A stretch of DNA of 32,917 bases from a bacterium HR36 (GTDB lineage Bacteria > Planctomycetota > Planctomycetia > Gemmatales > HRBIN36): NCBI GenBank assembly GCA_002898995.1, contig BEIM01000001.1, positions 1 to 32,917 of the forward strand, in the 5' to 3' direction. The translations under genes and the position numbers were made by a program. The notes beneath the pieces are model-generated. The model had not been told where the DNA came from. It did not search any database and saw nothing but the letters and a program-made list of their open reading frames with translations. Positions within the stretch are counted from its first letter, which is position 1. Each line of letters begins with the position of its first letter. Below are positions 8,967 to 16,617 of the stretch, one piece after another.

Positions 8967-9393
8967 CGCACGGCTCCCAGGCAACCAGTTCTTCGGGGGC
9001 AAACCACAAGGCGATTTCCTGTTCGGCGGTTTCGGGGCTATCGCTGGCATGAACGAGATTGTTCTGCACGCTCAAGGAAAAATCGCCGCGAATCGTGCCA
9101 GGCGGCGCCTTCACGCCGTCCGTCGGGCCGAGCAGCGCTCGCACTACCTGAACGGCTTCCCGACCTTCCCAGACCATGGCCAAGGTTGGCCCACTGGTAA
9201 TGAAATTGAGTAACGATTCGTAAAAGGGCTTGCCACGATGTACGGCATAGTGCCGCTCGGCCAGCGCCCGGTTGGCATGAAGCAGTTTGGCCGCGACTAA
9301 ACGCAGCCCTTTGTTTTCCAAGCGCTGCACAATCGCACCGACCAAACGCCGGTGGATAGCATCTGGTTTGCATAGCACCAGCGTCCGTTGCAT
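8935..9393 (-). CDS. ndk: Nucleoside diphosphate kinase
   Basis: RTLVLCKPDA..., YAVHRGKPFY, and the active-site His region NLVHASDS. Starting at ATG 9393 gives a typical ~152-aa NDK. TAA stop. Confidence 0.9.
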   Translation of the reverse strand: MQRTLVLCKPDAIHRRLVGAIVQRLENKGLRLVAAKLLHANRALAERHYAVHRGKPFYESLLNFITSGPTLAMVWEGREAVQVVRALLGPTDGVKAPPGTIRGDFSLSVQNNLVHASDSPETAEQEIALWFAPEELVAWEPCDERWTGATAG

Positions 9394-9420
9394 GGAAAAA
9401 AGCCTTGCATTGCGCCGTTC

Positions 9421-9451
9421 AAGAAAAGGGGCAGGCAAAGAACCTGCCCCC
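9421..9451 (-). terminator. Rho-independent terminator-like hairpin downstream of rho, ~30 nt upstream of ndk
   Basis: On the minus strand: GGGGCAGG, loop TTCTTTG, CCTGCCCC (9428-9450), followed by TTTTCTT (9427-9421). Confidence 0.55.
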
Positions 9452-9562
9452 AAAATTCCTGATTAGCTAGCTAAGTGTTGGGCTCGTCTCAAATGGGCCG
9501 GTTCGGAAGCGCGTGTCCACAAGCCCATCGCATGCGACGTATCGAGAAATCCGACTGGGTAT

Positions 9563-10708
9563 TCACTCGCTGGACAAAGCGGCAAATTCGCCGACGCGAG
9601 CCAGGAACTCAGCATTGCTCTGGTACTTGGGCAGCATCTGCACCAGCATTTCCATGGCTTCGACTGGCTTCATTGCTGACAAAGCCCGGCGGAGCAAGAC
9701 AATCTGCTGGTACATCTGCGGCGGGAAGAGCCGCTCCTCCTTGCGGGTGCCGGACTGCGGAATGCTGATGGCCGGGAAGACGCGGCGTTCCGCGAGTTTG
9801 CGATCCAGGACGATTTCGAGGTTACCGGTGCCCTTGAACTCCTCGAAGATGATGTCGTCCATCCGGGAACCGGTTTCGACCAAGCAGGTGGCGATGACGG
9901 TGAGCGAGCCGCCCTCCTCGAAAGCGCGGGCAGTACCAAAGAGCCGACGTGGCACTTCCAGGGCCCGCACGTCCAGACCGCCGGACATGATCTTGCCGCC
10001 CGAGTCAATCTGCTTGTTGTAGGCTCGAGCGAGTCGGGTCAGGCTGTCCAGCAACAGGAAGACATCGTGCCCCATTTCTGCCAATCGCTTGGCCCGCTCA
10101 AAGACCATCTCCGCCAGGCGAATATGTTCGGCCGAGCGATTGTCATTGCTGGAGGCAAAGACATCGCCGGGGATGGAACGCTTCATTTCGGTAACTTCCT
10201 CAGGCCGTTCATCCACCAGCAGCACCATGACTTTGACGTCGGGATGATTCTTAGCCACGGCCTGGGCGATATGTTGCAAGAGGATCGTCTTGCCCGACCG
10301 AGGCGGAGCGACAATCAAACCACGCTGACCTTTGCCGATGGGGCAGAGCAAGTCAATAACGCGGGTGGTCAGCGGTTGCGGCCCGGTTTCCAGGCGGAGC
10401 CAGTAATTGGGGTCAATGGGCGTGAGCTTGTCGAAATCACGCCGCTTGAGCAACTCAGGGGGCTGGCCTTCAATGGCCTCGACAGTGGCCAGCCGGGGCC
10501 CCACGCCATTGCCTTCCATCAACTTCCCGGCTATCCACATCCCTTCGCGCAAGCCGTACTTGATAATCAGCGGCGCTGGGACGTACACGTCCCCGGTGCT
10601 CCCTTCCAGACGCCGACCTGGCTGGCGCAGGAAGCCGAAGCCCTTCGGATGCATCTCGAGGATGCCTTCTTGAATCTGATCCAACACTTCTGGCATTGTG
10701 GTGCTCAT
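9563..10708 (-). CDS. rho: Transcription termination factor Rho
   Basis: Cold-shock-like RNA-binding domain (GILEMHPKGFGFLR), Walker A PPRSGKT, and RecA-type core motifs (LLVDERPEEVT, LLLDSLTRLARAYN). ATG 10708 lies just after GAGGAG. The alternative starts 10720 (GTG) and 10696 (ATG) cannot be excluded. Confidence 0.9.
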   Translation of the reverse strand: MSTTMPEVLDQIQEGILEMHPKGFGFLRQPGRRLEGSTGDVYVPAPLIIKYGLREGMWIAGKLMEGNGVGPRLATVEAIEGQPPELLKRRDFDKLTPIDPNYWLRLETGPQPLTTRVIDLLCPIGKGQRGLIVAPPRSGKTILLQHIAQAVAKNHPDVKVMVLLVDERPEEVTEMKRSIPGDVFASSNDNRSAEHIRLAEMVFERAKRLAEMGHDVFLLLDSLTRLARAYNKQIDSGGKIMSGGLDVRALEVPRRLFGTARAFEEGGSLTVIATCLVETGSRMDDIIFEEFKGTGNLEIVLDRKLAERRVFPAISIPQSGTRKEERLFPPQMYQQIVLLRRALSAMKPVEAMEMLVQMLPKYQSNAEFLARVGEFAALSSE

Positions 10709-10787
10709 AGGACTCCTCACTTCACCTCATCACTAGGGTGGGATCACACTGGCCCCTCAGTCGCCAGTCCGATCCCGAACTTCTTGG

Positions 10788-11621
10788 TTAGACTTTGCGA
10801 TACGGGGTAATGGCTTCGTATGTGCCATCCGGCAAAGCTCGCAATTCGTAGTCGCCGAACAGGTGCGGCGCTTCCTGCTGCAAGAGGCGCAACACCTTGA
10901 CGGCTAGCTGCCGGATTTCGACGTCTGCCCAGCGACTGGCGCGCATCTCAATAAAGTGGCGCCAGGCTCGAGCATTCGCGGTAACAAAAATCTTCGTCTC
11001 GGTCGCATTGGGTAACACGCTGCGGGCTGCCTGCCTAGCTAATTTACGTCGCAGCGTGCGATCCGGTTCATCGCGGAATTTTTCTAGCAATTTTTCCGCT
11101 AATTGTACATAGGCCTGGTGGGTCCTGGCAATAGTTTCCACCCAAAGCCGATGCAATTCGGGATCTTCCGCAATGACCTTTGGCTCGACATACTCCGCGA
11201 CCGATTCGTCCACGTAGCGCTGGCTTAGTTGCGAATAGCCAAAGCCTGCGCGGTGCCGCACCAGTTCGTGGGTCAAGGCTCGGCTTACACCGACAAAGAG
11301 CATACTCCAGACGGCGTGTTCTAGCACGGAGCCGTGACCTGCTTCCAAGATATGCCGAATATAGGCAGCGTTTCCTCCAGGGCGGGGACGAGCAAAGCTC
11401 ATGTAGCAAATGCGCCCAGCCGTTTCCACAAGGCATTCTGCCGCGACCTCGGTATCGGTTTCCCAGGCAATCCCGTGCTCCGCAAGGAAGCGCTGCAGTT
11501 CGCTTTCGGCAATTGTCTGGCGTGCGATCAAATACACGACCGGCTCGCGGAAGATGCGAATGCCCGCTTCTTCCACGACCACCGCATCGAATGACCCCGC
11601 CACTGCCTGAGCAAAAGGCAT
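10788..11621 (-). CDS. thyX: FAD-dependent thymidylate synthase ThyX
   Basis: ThyX signature RHRxxSxxxxS, present as VRHRAGFGYSQLSQRY. Length of 277 aa is typical. ATG 11621, TAA stop. Confidence 0.9.
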   Translation of the reverse strand: MPFAQAVAGSFDAVVVEEAGIRIFREPVVYLIARQTIAESELQRFLAEHGIAWETDTEVAAECLVETAGRICYMSFARPRPGGNAAYIRHILEAGHGSVLEHAVWSMLFVGVSRALTHELVRHRAGFGYSQLSQRYVDESVAEYVEPKVIAEDPELHRLWVETIARTHQAYVQLAEKLLEKFRDEPDRTLRRKLARQAARSVLPNATETKIFVTANARAWRHFIEMRASRWADVEIRQLAVKVLRLLQQEAPHLFGDYELRALPDGTYEAITPYRKV

Positions 11622-11756
11622 TGTCGTAGTAAGCTGTTGCAGTTCCGGCGGCGCGTACTAAGAGTTTCGCGATTCTTCCGCCGTGAATCCCCGCCCGCAC
11701 GTATGGGGCAGCAGGCGACCTGACTGACGCTCAAAGCTGGCCCTCGGCTCCGAGCA

Positions 11757-11854
11757 TGGCGGGAGCGTATGGGAATCGAACCCACTGGCGCATTTCTTCA
11801 ATGCGCCCACTGGTTTTGAAGACCAGGGCCCTCACCAGAGGTGCAAACGCTCCC
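11757..11854 (-). tRNA. selC: tRNA-Sec (anticodon UCA)
   Basis: The 98-nt minus-strand sequence is GGGAGCGTTTGCACCTCTGGTGAGGGCCCTGGTCTTCAAAACCAGTGGGCGCATTGAAGAAATGCGCCAGTGGGTTCGATTCCCATACGCTCCCGCCA. It has an 8-bp acceptor stem (GGGAGCGT/ACGCTCCC) and an anticodon loop CTTCAAA. It also has a 7-bp long variable arm (GGCGCAT/ATGCGCC), a short T stem, discriminator G and an encoded CCA. Confidence 0.9.
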
Positions 11855-12136
11855 AGAGCCCGCTTCGGGCAGTTTGCCGCTGGTTAGCCCACCAGTTTTT
11901 ACTGCCCAGGAACGCGCGGCTCTCTAGTAAAGAACAAGGCGATTTCTGCTCAGTTCGTCCCGTTCAGCTCGAAATCGATCGACGGTTCGCAGCGGCTTCC
12001 TTTCTGCCGTTCGCAATCCTATTTCCCTTGCTGCTATTCAACGTAACGGCCAGTCTCCCCATCGTCAAGACCACTGTCCAATTTTTCACAATTTTTCCGC
12101 ATGCAGCGAACCAGCAAGCTGCTTCAGTCCATTGAA

Positions 12137-12164
12137 ATTATAGCTAATCTGAAGTCTCCGGCAA
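12137..12164 (-). promoter_or_regulatory. Candidate sigma70-type promoter reading toward selC
   Basis: On the minus strand: TTGCCG (12164-12159), 16-nt spacer, TATAAT (12142-12137). This is a sequence match only, and the consensus for this phylum may differ. Confidence 0.2.
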
Positions 12165-12214
12165 GCACTGGGTTTGCGCCGACTCTTTCATGAAGTCCCA
12201 GTTAGACCCACGAT

Positions 12215-12979
12215 TTAGATCATACCTGCTAGCAGCAAGCGCAGTGTGCGCAGCTCTGGCTCCAATGGGAACGCTGGCGGTGGCTCGTCGAACATTTCCA
12301 CGGTGATCAGGCCACGATATTCGTAACGCCGCAGCTGCTGGATAATGCGGCTGAAAGGCATTTGCCCCTGGCCCGTTCGCACCTGGAGTTTGTCCGGAGT
12401 TTGGCCACTGTCGCGCAACTGGACATGATGCACGTAAGGATAAAGGCAATCCAGAGCTTTTTCTGAGACTCCTTGACACAGGTAATGGCTCGGATCTAAC
12501 GTCAGACGCAGGCCAGGCACACATCGGCACAGCTCCACAGCGGCCTCTGGGCTTTCGGTCCATCTGCCGAGTTGTGTCTCTACGCAAACAACAACGCCGT
12601 ACGGGAATGCCCAGGCCACGATCTGTCGCAAACGTTGCACCTCTTTTGACCAATCGCTGCCTCGGTGCCCTGCAACCACGGTTACCGTTACCACGCCCAG
12701 CAAGTTCGCCAAGCGGCACACCTCCGGAAATTGCCGCTGCCACAACCTCAACTCCGGACTGGCCAACTCAACTAAAAACGCGCCAGGCGTTATCCCATGT
12801 ATGCCCCGCAAACGTTCGAGGCAGCCCTCAAAGTCCTGGCAGATTTGCTCAGCAGTCAAGTGGCGACTTTGTGGCTGGATCGCCAGCTCTGCACGCGAGT
12901 AACCTAGTTCTACCATGCTGCGCAGGGCATCCTCGAGGCTGTAGCGCGTAAATGCGAAAGTTGAACACGCCAGTTCCAC
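12215..12979 (-). CDS. Sugar phosphate isomerase/epimerase (xylose-isomerase-like TIM barrel) family protein
   Basis: ELACSTFAF...SLEDALRSMVELGYSRAELA is a typical N-terminus for this family, and the length is ~255 aa. GTG 12979 is preceded by AGGAG. The ORF-track TTG at 13003 is an alternative start. Confidence 0.65.
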   Translation of the reverse strand: MELACSTFAFTRYSLEDALRSMVELGYSRAELAIQPQSRHLTAEQICQDFEGCLERLRGIHGITPGAFLVELASPELRLWQRQFPEVCRLANLLGVVTVTVVAGHRGSDWSKEVQRLRQIVAWAFPYGVVVCVETQLGRWTESPEAAVELCRCVPGLRLTLDPSHYLCQGVSEKALDCLYPYVHHVQLRDSGQTPDKLQVRTGQGQMPFSRIIQQLRRYEYRGLITVEMFDEPPPAFPLEPELRTLRLLLAGMI

Positions 12980-13457
12980 AGCGATTCTCCTCTTTGTCCG
13001 CAAGCCGTCGCCATGACACCTGGAAGCCGCGAGGTTGGCTTCCTCGGCTCACGAGAACCATGCTCATAGCCAAACCAGCGATCTTCGCAAGCCGAATCTC
13101 CACTGTGAGCGACAGTAAACAGCTTTTTGATGGTGCTCGTACCTCATCTCACGCCATACGAATCTGCTCATGTTGCAATCCGCGTGCGCTCCCTAGCAGC
13201 GACAGGGCGCAGCTGACGGCAGCCAGCCGTGAAGATGGCGCTCTCATTCCGGGACACCTTTCGAGCGGCGTGCAAAGTCGGGTGCAGCTTGCGCAGAAGC
13301 GGCCGGTATCAGCCACTCGCGCCGTAACTTCTCACAACAGCTCAACCGTCCCGATACCAACACGGGACTGACGTGCATCTCGTACCTGCTGCCGATGCCA
13401 ACGACTTTCACAATCACGAGCGCCGACAACGGATCACATTCCCTGGATACAAATTAA

Positions 13458-13543
13458 TGCGGGAGGTGGGACTCGAACCCACACGGGATGTAATTCCCAC
13501 CAGGCCCTCAACCTGGCGCGTCTGCCAATTCCGCCACTCCCGC
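13458..13543 (-). tRNA. tRNA-Leu (anticodon GAG)
   Basis: The minus-strand sequence is GCGGGAGTGGCGGAATTGGCAGACGCGCCAGGTTGAGGGCCTGGTGGGAATTACATCCCGTGTGGGTTCGAGTCCCACCTCCCGCA. It has a 7-bp acceptor stem, anticodon stem CCAGG/CCTGG with loop TTGAGGG, a long variable arm and a GGTTCGAGTCC T-loop. CCA is not encoded. Confidence 0.9.
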
Positions 13544-13794
13544 GGCTGGGTCAGCCTGGCATCTAATGAGCATCGAGGCGTCTTTCCGCTGTAGAGCAAG
13601 GAAAGCAGTGAATCGCACGTTCCGCTATTTGGCCCGGCAGCTCCCGATCACCATTACAATGTTATGTAAGGCGTTAAGGAACGTCCACGCAAAAGGGCAT
13701 CGTTGCGTTGCTCTACATAGCGATGGTTTAGATCGGAGACATGTATTTTCGGCAAGGTTTCCGTGAAGACGAGTTTAGCCGAGCATTCGCACCG

Positions 13795-15561
13795 TCAGTC
13801 CTTCTTGTGCATAATCTTGGGCCAGTACTTGGCAAAGTCGAAATGTGGGTCATTTTCGGAGTCGTGGCAGGAGATACAAAGATTGGCCGAGGCTTTGCGT
13901 TGCAGAGGCTGCCAATATTTAGCTTCCTTGGGAAATTGAACGTGCAAGCTCGCCGGGCCATGACAGTTCTCGCAGCCATTCGCTAACAGATGCGGCGTCT
14001 CCGTTTCGCTGCGGAAACCAGTCTTATATTCAAAGCCGGTTGTGTGGCAAATAAGGCACTCAGGGTCATATTGCCGACCGATGGTTACCGAACGGCCATT
14101 GCGCTGGAGGACGATGTGCGGTTGGCCGTACTTCGCTAGGGCAGCGTAAGCCTGGCTGTGCTTGGAATTGTTCCAGACCTGGCAAGCACTGCGATGACAT
14201 TCAGCGCAGGCCGCAGCCCCTACAAAAGCAGCGCCTGGTTGGTCTAACTGTTGCTGGTGGCTAACCTGACGCTGAGCTACCCACTGCTGTAACAGTTGGC
14301 GGGCGTAAACCTGGTAAACGTATTCCTTCATCAGTTCCCGAACGGGATTACTCCCGTCGCTGATTGGTTCGAGCGATTCGATTAGCTCGACCATGCGGTA
14401 ATCGAAGCGGTAAGCAGGCAGTGCGTCCGGATCGGGAAAAGATGGCGACCGACTCGAACGCACCGCTACCAGACCGACAGCCTTCCCCTTATGGCCTACG
14501 CGGATAAGCAAGCGATTTAGGAAAGACGGGTAATTGGGTAGAGAATCAAGGCCGGCGGAGGGCAGTTCGTCGGCAAGAGTCGAGGCCACATCTGTTTCGT
14601 CGCGGTTGACGATGATGTGAATCCAACCGAACTTCTGGGCCAGTTGTTTTGCTTCCTCTGGGGTTCCGTGATGGAGTAAGATAACCAAATTAGGCCGGCG
14701 TCGGCTTAGGTCGCGCCAGGCGTTGGCCAAGGCAACCTCGGCAGGCGAGAAACGTTGAAGCAGTTCTTTGGGCGCTTGTTCCCGGAGTTTCTTGAGTTGG
14801 CTTTCCTGAATCACGGACAAGCAGGCGACACGCCAAGTCCGCCGAGGTGAGGACCGTCCTGAGCTCGCGGCGGCTCCAGGAGAGGTGGAGAATATGGGCT
14901 GCGGCACTAATAGCTGGGAAGGGGAAGAGGGGCTTAAGTCAGTGGGGATTTCGAGAAGCAAAAACCGCTGGTAAGCAGCCACTTCGTGCATTTCAGGCCA
15001 GTCCAGATTGGTGCCAATCAGAGTGGGTGGCCGAGTGTTGAGCGCCCATCCCAGGACTTCCTCAAGAGGAAACAGCAGTTCCTCAGGGCCAAGGCCGACA
15101 GCTTGCCAGCCGAGGTGATGGAGCATCTTCCAGGCAGTTTCGTATTTGAGGCGCGCTTGTTCCACCAAGGCAGGCACACCTTGTTTGATTTCGTAACGCA
15201 GACGAGCCAAATCGCCGAGATCAAAACCGACTACGGGCCAACCGAATTGACGCAACCGTTGTGTCAGCTCGTAACGCCGCTCCAATCCCCCCACTTGCGG
15301 CCGCGAACATCCGCAGGGCTGTAAATAGCCGTACATCTGCCCGGAGAACGCCAGCACCAACTCTGGCGGAGGTTCTTGCCAAGCGCGGCGCACTTGTTCT
15401 GCGGGATCGTAACGCGGGTTCACTGCCCGCCGTGCAACCAGCCGCGGCTCCTCCTTCACGTTTTCTGCCCACCAGTAATACCCGCCAGCAGTTACCACAA
15501 CGGCGACTGGTGTGGCGAATAACAGCCCTACGATGGCTAGACGCTCTCCCACCCTAGGCAT
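13795..15561 (-). CDS. Membrane-anchored fusion protein: degenerate 5'-nucleotidase/metallophosphatase-like domain + C-terminal tetrahaem (cytochrome c554-like) domain
   Basis: N-terminal TM helix (LAIVGLLFATPVAVVVTAGGYYWW). Four CxxCH motifs lie in the last ~150 aa (CAECH, CLICH, CENCH, CISCH). The N-terminal ~400 aa align by eye with the 5'-nucleotidase fold but lack its metal ligands. ATG 15561 is preceded by AAAGGAAGG. Confidence 0.7.
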   Translation of the reverse strand: MPRVGERLAIVGLLFATPVAVVVTAGGYYWWAENVKEEPRLVARRAVNPRYDPAEQVRRAWQEPPPELVLAFSGQMYGYLQPCGCSRPQVGGLERRYELTQRLRQFGWPVVGFDLGDLARLRYEIKQGVPALVEQARLKYETAWKMLHHLGWQAVGLGPEELLFPLEEVLGWALNTRPPTLIGTNLDWPEMHEVAAYQRFLLLEIPTDLSPSSPSQLLVPQPIFSTSPGAAASSGRSSPRRTWRVACLSVIQESQLKKLREQAPKELLQRFSPAEVALANAWRDLSRRRPNLVILLHHGTPEEAKQLAQKFGWIHIIVNRDETDVASTLADELPSAGLDSLPNYPSFLNRLLIRVGHKGKAVGLVAVRSSRSPSFPDPDALPAYRFDYRMVELIESLEPISDGSNPVRELMKEYVYQVYARQLLQQWVAQRQVSHQQQLDQPGAAFVGAAACAECHRSACQVWNNSKHSQAYAALAKYGQPHIVLQRNGRSVTIGRQYDPECLICHTTGFEYKTGFRSETETPHLLANGCENCHGPASLHVQFPKEAKYWQPLQRKASANLCISCHDSENDPHFDFAKYWPKIMHKKD

Positions 15562-15597
15562 GGCCGGCCTTCCTTTGCTATCGAGGCTTCCTTGCTT

Positions 15598-16101
15598 TCA
15601 GCGCACTACATGCGTGGTAATTTCGACACGAAATACCGGCGTCTCCGGGTCATTGGTGATAAATTCGACGGCAAATCGGCGATCTCGGTCGGACTGAGTT
15701 ACGTTGGTCTCGTATTTCCACACGATGTGAAGCTGTTTCTGTCCCTTGGGTGGCACGAATAATGGCAATCCTTCCGGCATCGGCACGTCGTCCAGGAAAA
15801 CGTTTTTCACGCAGCCGCACGTCCTGCGAGCGACCGTCAGCATTAACTCGCCTTCGCCCTGATTTGCCACCGCAATGCTCTGGCGGTATTCCACATCCAT
15901 TTGCGACTTTTCGTGCTGCAGCGCCACCGTCTTGGGATCCCCTGCGAATTGGTGCCCGACTACTTCCAAGCACGGCACCGCCCCAGTTTCCGATTGCATC
16001 TGGATGGCTGGATGGGGAGCCGCTTCCATTCGCAAGTAGAGCCAAGACAACACGCTACTGACCGTAATTGTTCCAATAACCAGCGTCAGCCAGAAGCGCA
16101 T
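15598..16101 (-). CDS. DUF1573-like membrane-anchored protein (hypothetical)
   Basis: N-terminal TM helix (MRFWLTLVIGTITVSSVLSWLYL). A beta-rich body carries the CGC motif typical of DUF1573 (IAVANQGEGELMLTVARRTCGCVK). It lies 36 nt upstream of the cytochrome gene on the same strand. Confidence 0.55.
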   Translation of the reverse strand: MRFWLTLVIGTITVSSVLSWLYLRMEAAPHPAIQMQSETGAVPCLEVVGHQFAGDPKTVALQHEKSQMDVEYRQSIAVANQGEGELMLTVARRTCGCVKNVFLDDVPMPEGLPLFVPPKGQKQLHIVWKYETNVTQSDRDRRFAVEFITNDPETPVFRVEITTHVVR

Positions 16102-16111
16102 GGCGATTTCC

Positions 16112-16291
16112 TCACGTTACCTCGCGGTACACGTCCCAGGAAAGATAGGCTATCAGTCCCGCCGCAAGCATGGCACAAATGTCCAAGAAAATGCTGCGGT
16201 GAAACGGAAAGCCAACGATGATGTCGAGCAAGAACACTCCCAACACCAAGCAACTGACAATGATCGATCCCAGTGTAAGCCATTTTTCCAT
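16112..16291 (-). CDS. 59-aa two-TM small membrane protein (hypothetical; below the ORF-track size cut-off)
   Basis: Hand translation gives MEKWLTLGSIIVSCLVLGVFLLDIIVGFPFHRSIFLDICAMLAAGLIAYLSWDVYREVT. ATG 16291 is preceded by GAGGG. Its TGA stop overlaps the GAGGA RBS of the DUF1573 gene (TGAGGAAATCGCCATG), which suggests translational coupling. Confidence 0.4.
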   Translation of the reverse strand: MEKWLTLGSIIVSCLVLGVFLLDIIVGFPFHRSIFLDICAMLAAGLIAYLSWDVYREVT

Positions 16292-16617
16292 AGCAAAGCC
16301 CTCGGAAAAGCCAGGGCGGCAAGCACACCGTTCTTTTCACAGCCTGGCTTGACCTCTTGTCTATTCGATATTCTAGTGCGTTTGGCGAGTTGCGGATACG
16401 TCTCTTACGCACCGTAGCCCGGACCAAGCGTTTGTTTCGGACCAAGCCAGCCCGACGAGGTATGCTGGTACTGCCCGTTCCCAACTCGCCAGGCCCAGCG
16501 TGAATTAAGAGCAGCGAGCTCGCGCTGCCAAAGGCCGTAGGATAGGCTAAAACATGATGCCACGGTTTTGTCTGAACGACCGAGCTACCTTGTGAACCCG
16601 GAAACGAGGTGCGGTAT

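Noticed and set aside
11068-11700. 210-aa same-strand alternative-frame ORF over thyX. The 199-aa ORF 12144-12743 over the isomerase gene is a similar case.
   Set aside because: The overlapping frames carry the ThyX signature and TIM-barrel features respectively. These alternative frames are Arg/Gly-rich with no motif support.
12952-13371. 139-aa plus-strand ORF in the tRNA-Leu/isomerase spacer.
   Set aside because: It is Ser/Arg/Ala-rich with low complexity. It overlaps the isomerase start on the opposite strand and has no RBS or motifs.
13244-13429. 61-aa minus-strand ORF ending in TGA, with the frame staying open 16 more codons. I considered it as a small selenopeptide because of the nearby selC.
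   Set aside because: The start is a non-canonical TTG with no RBS. The composition is unconvincing, and I could fold no SECIS-like hairpin just downstream of the TGA.
11757-13543. selC and tRNA-Leu as possible integration sites of a genomic island.
   Set aside because: I saw no integrase, no phage or transposon genes, and no direct repeat of either tRNA 3' end nearby. thyX follows selC almost immediately.
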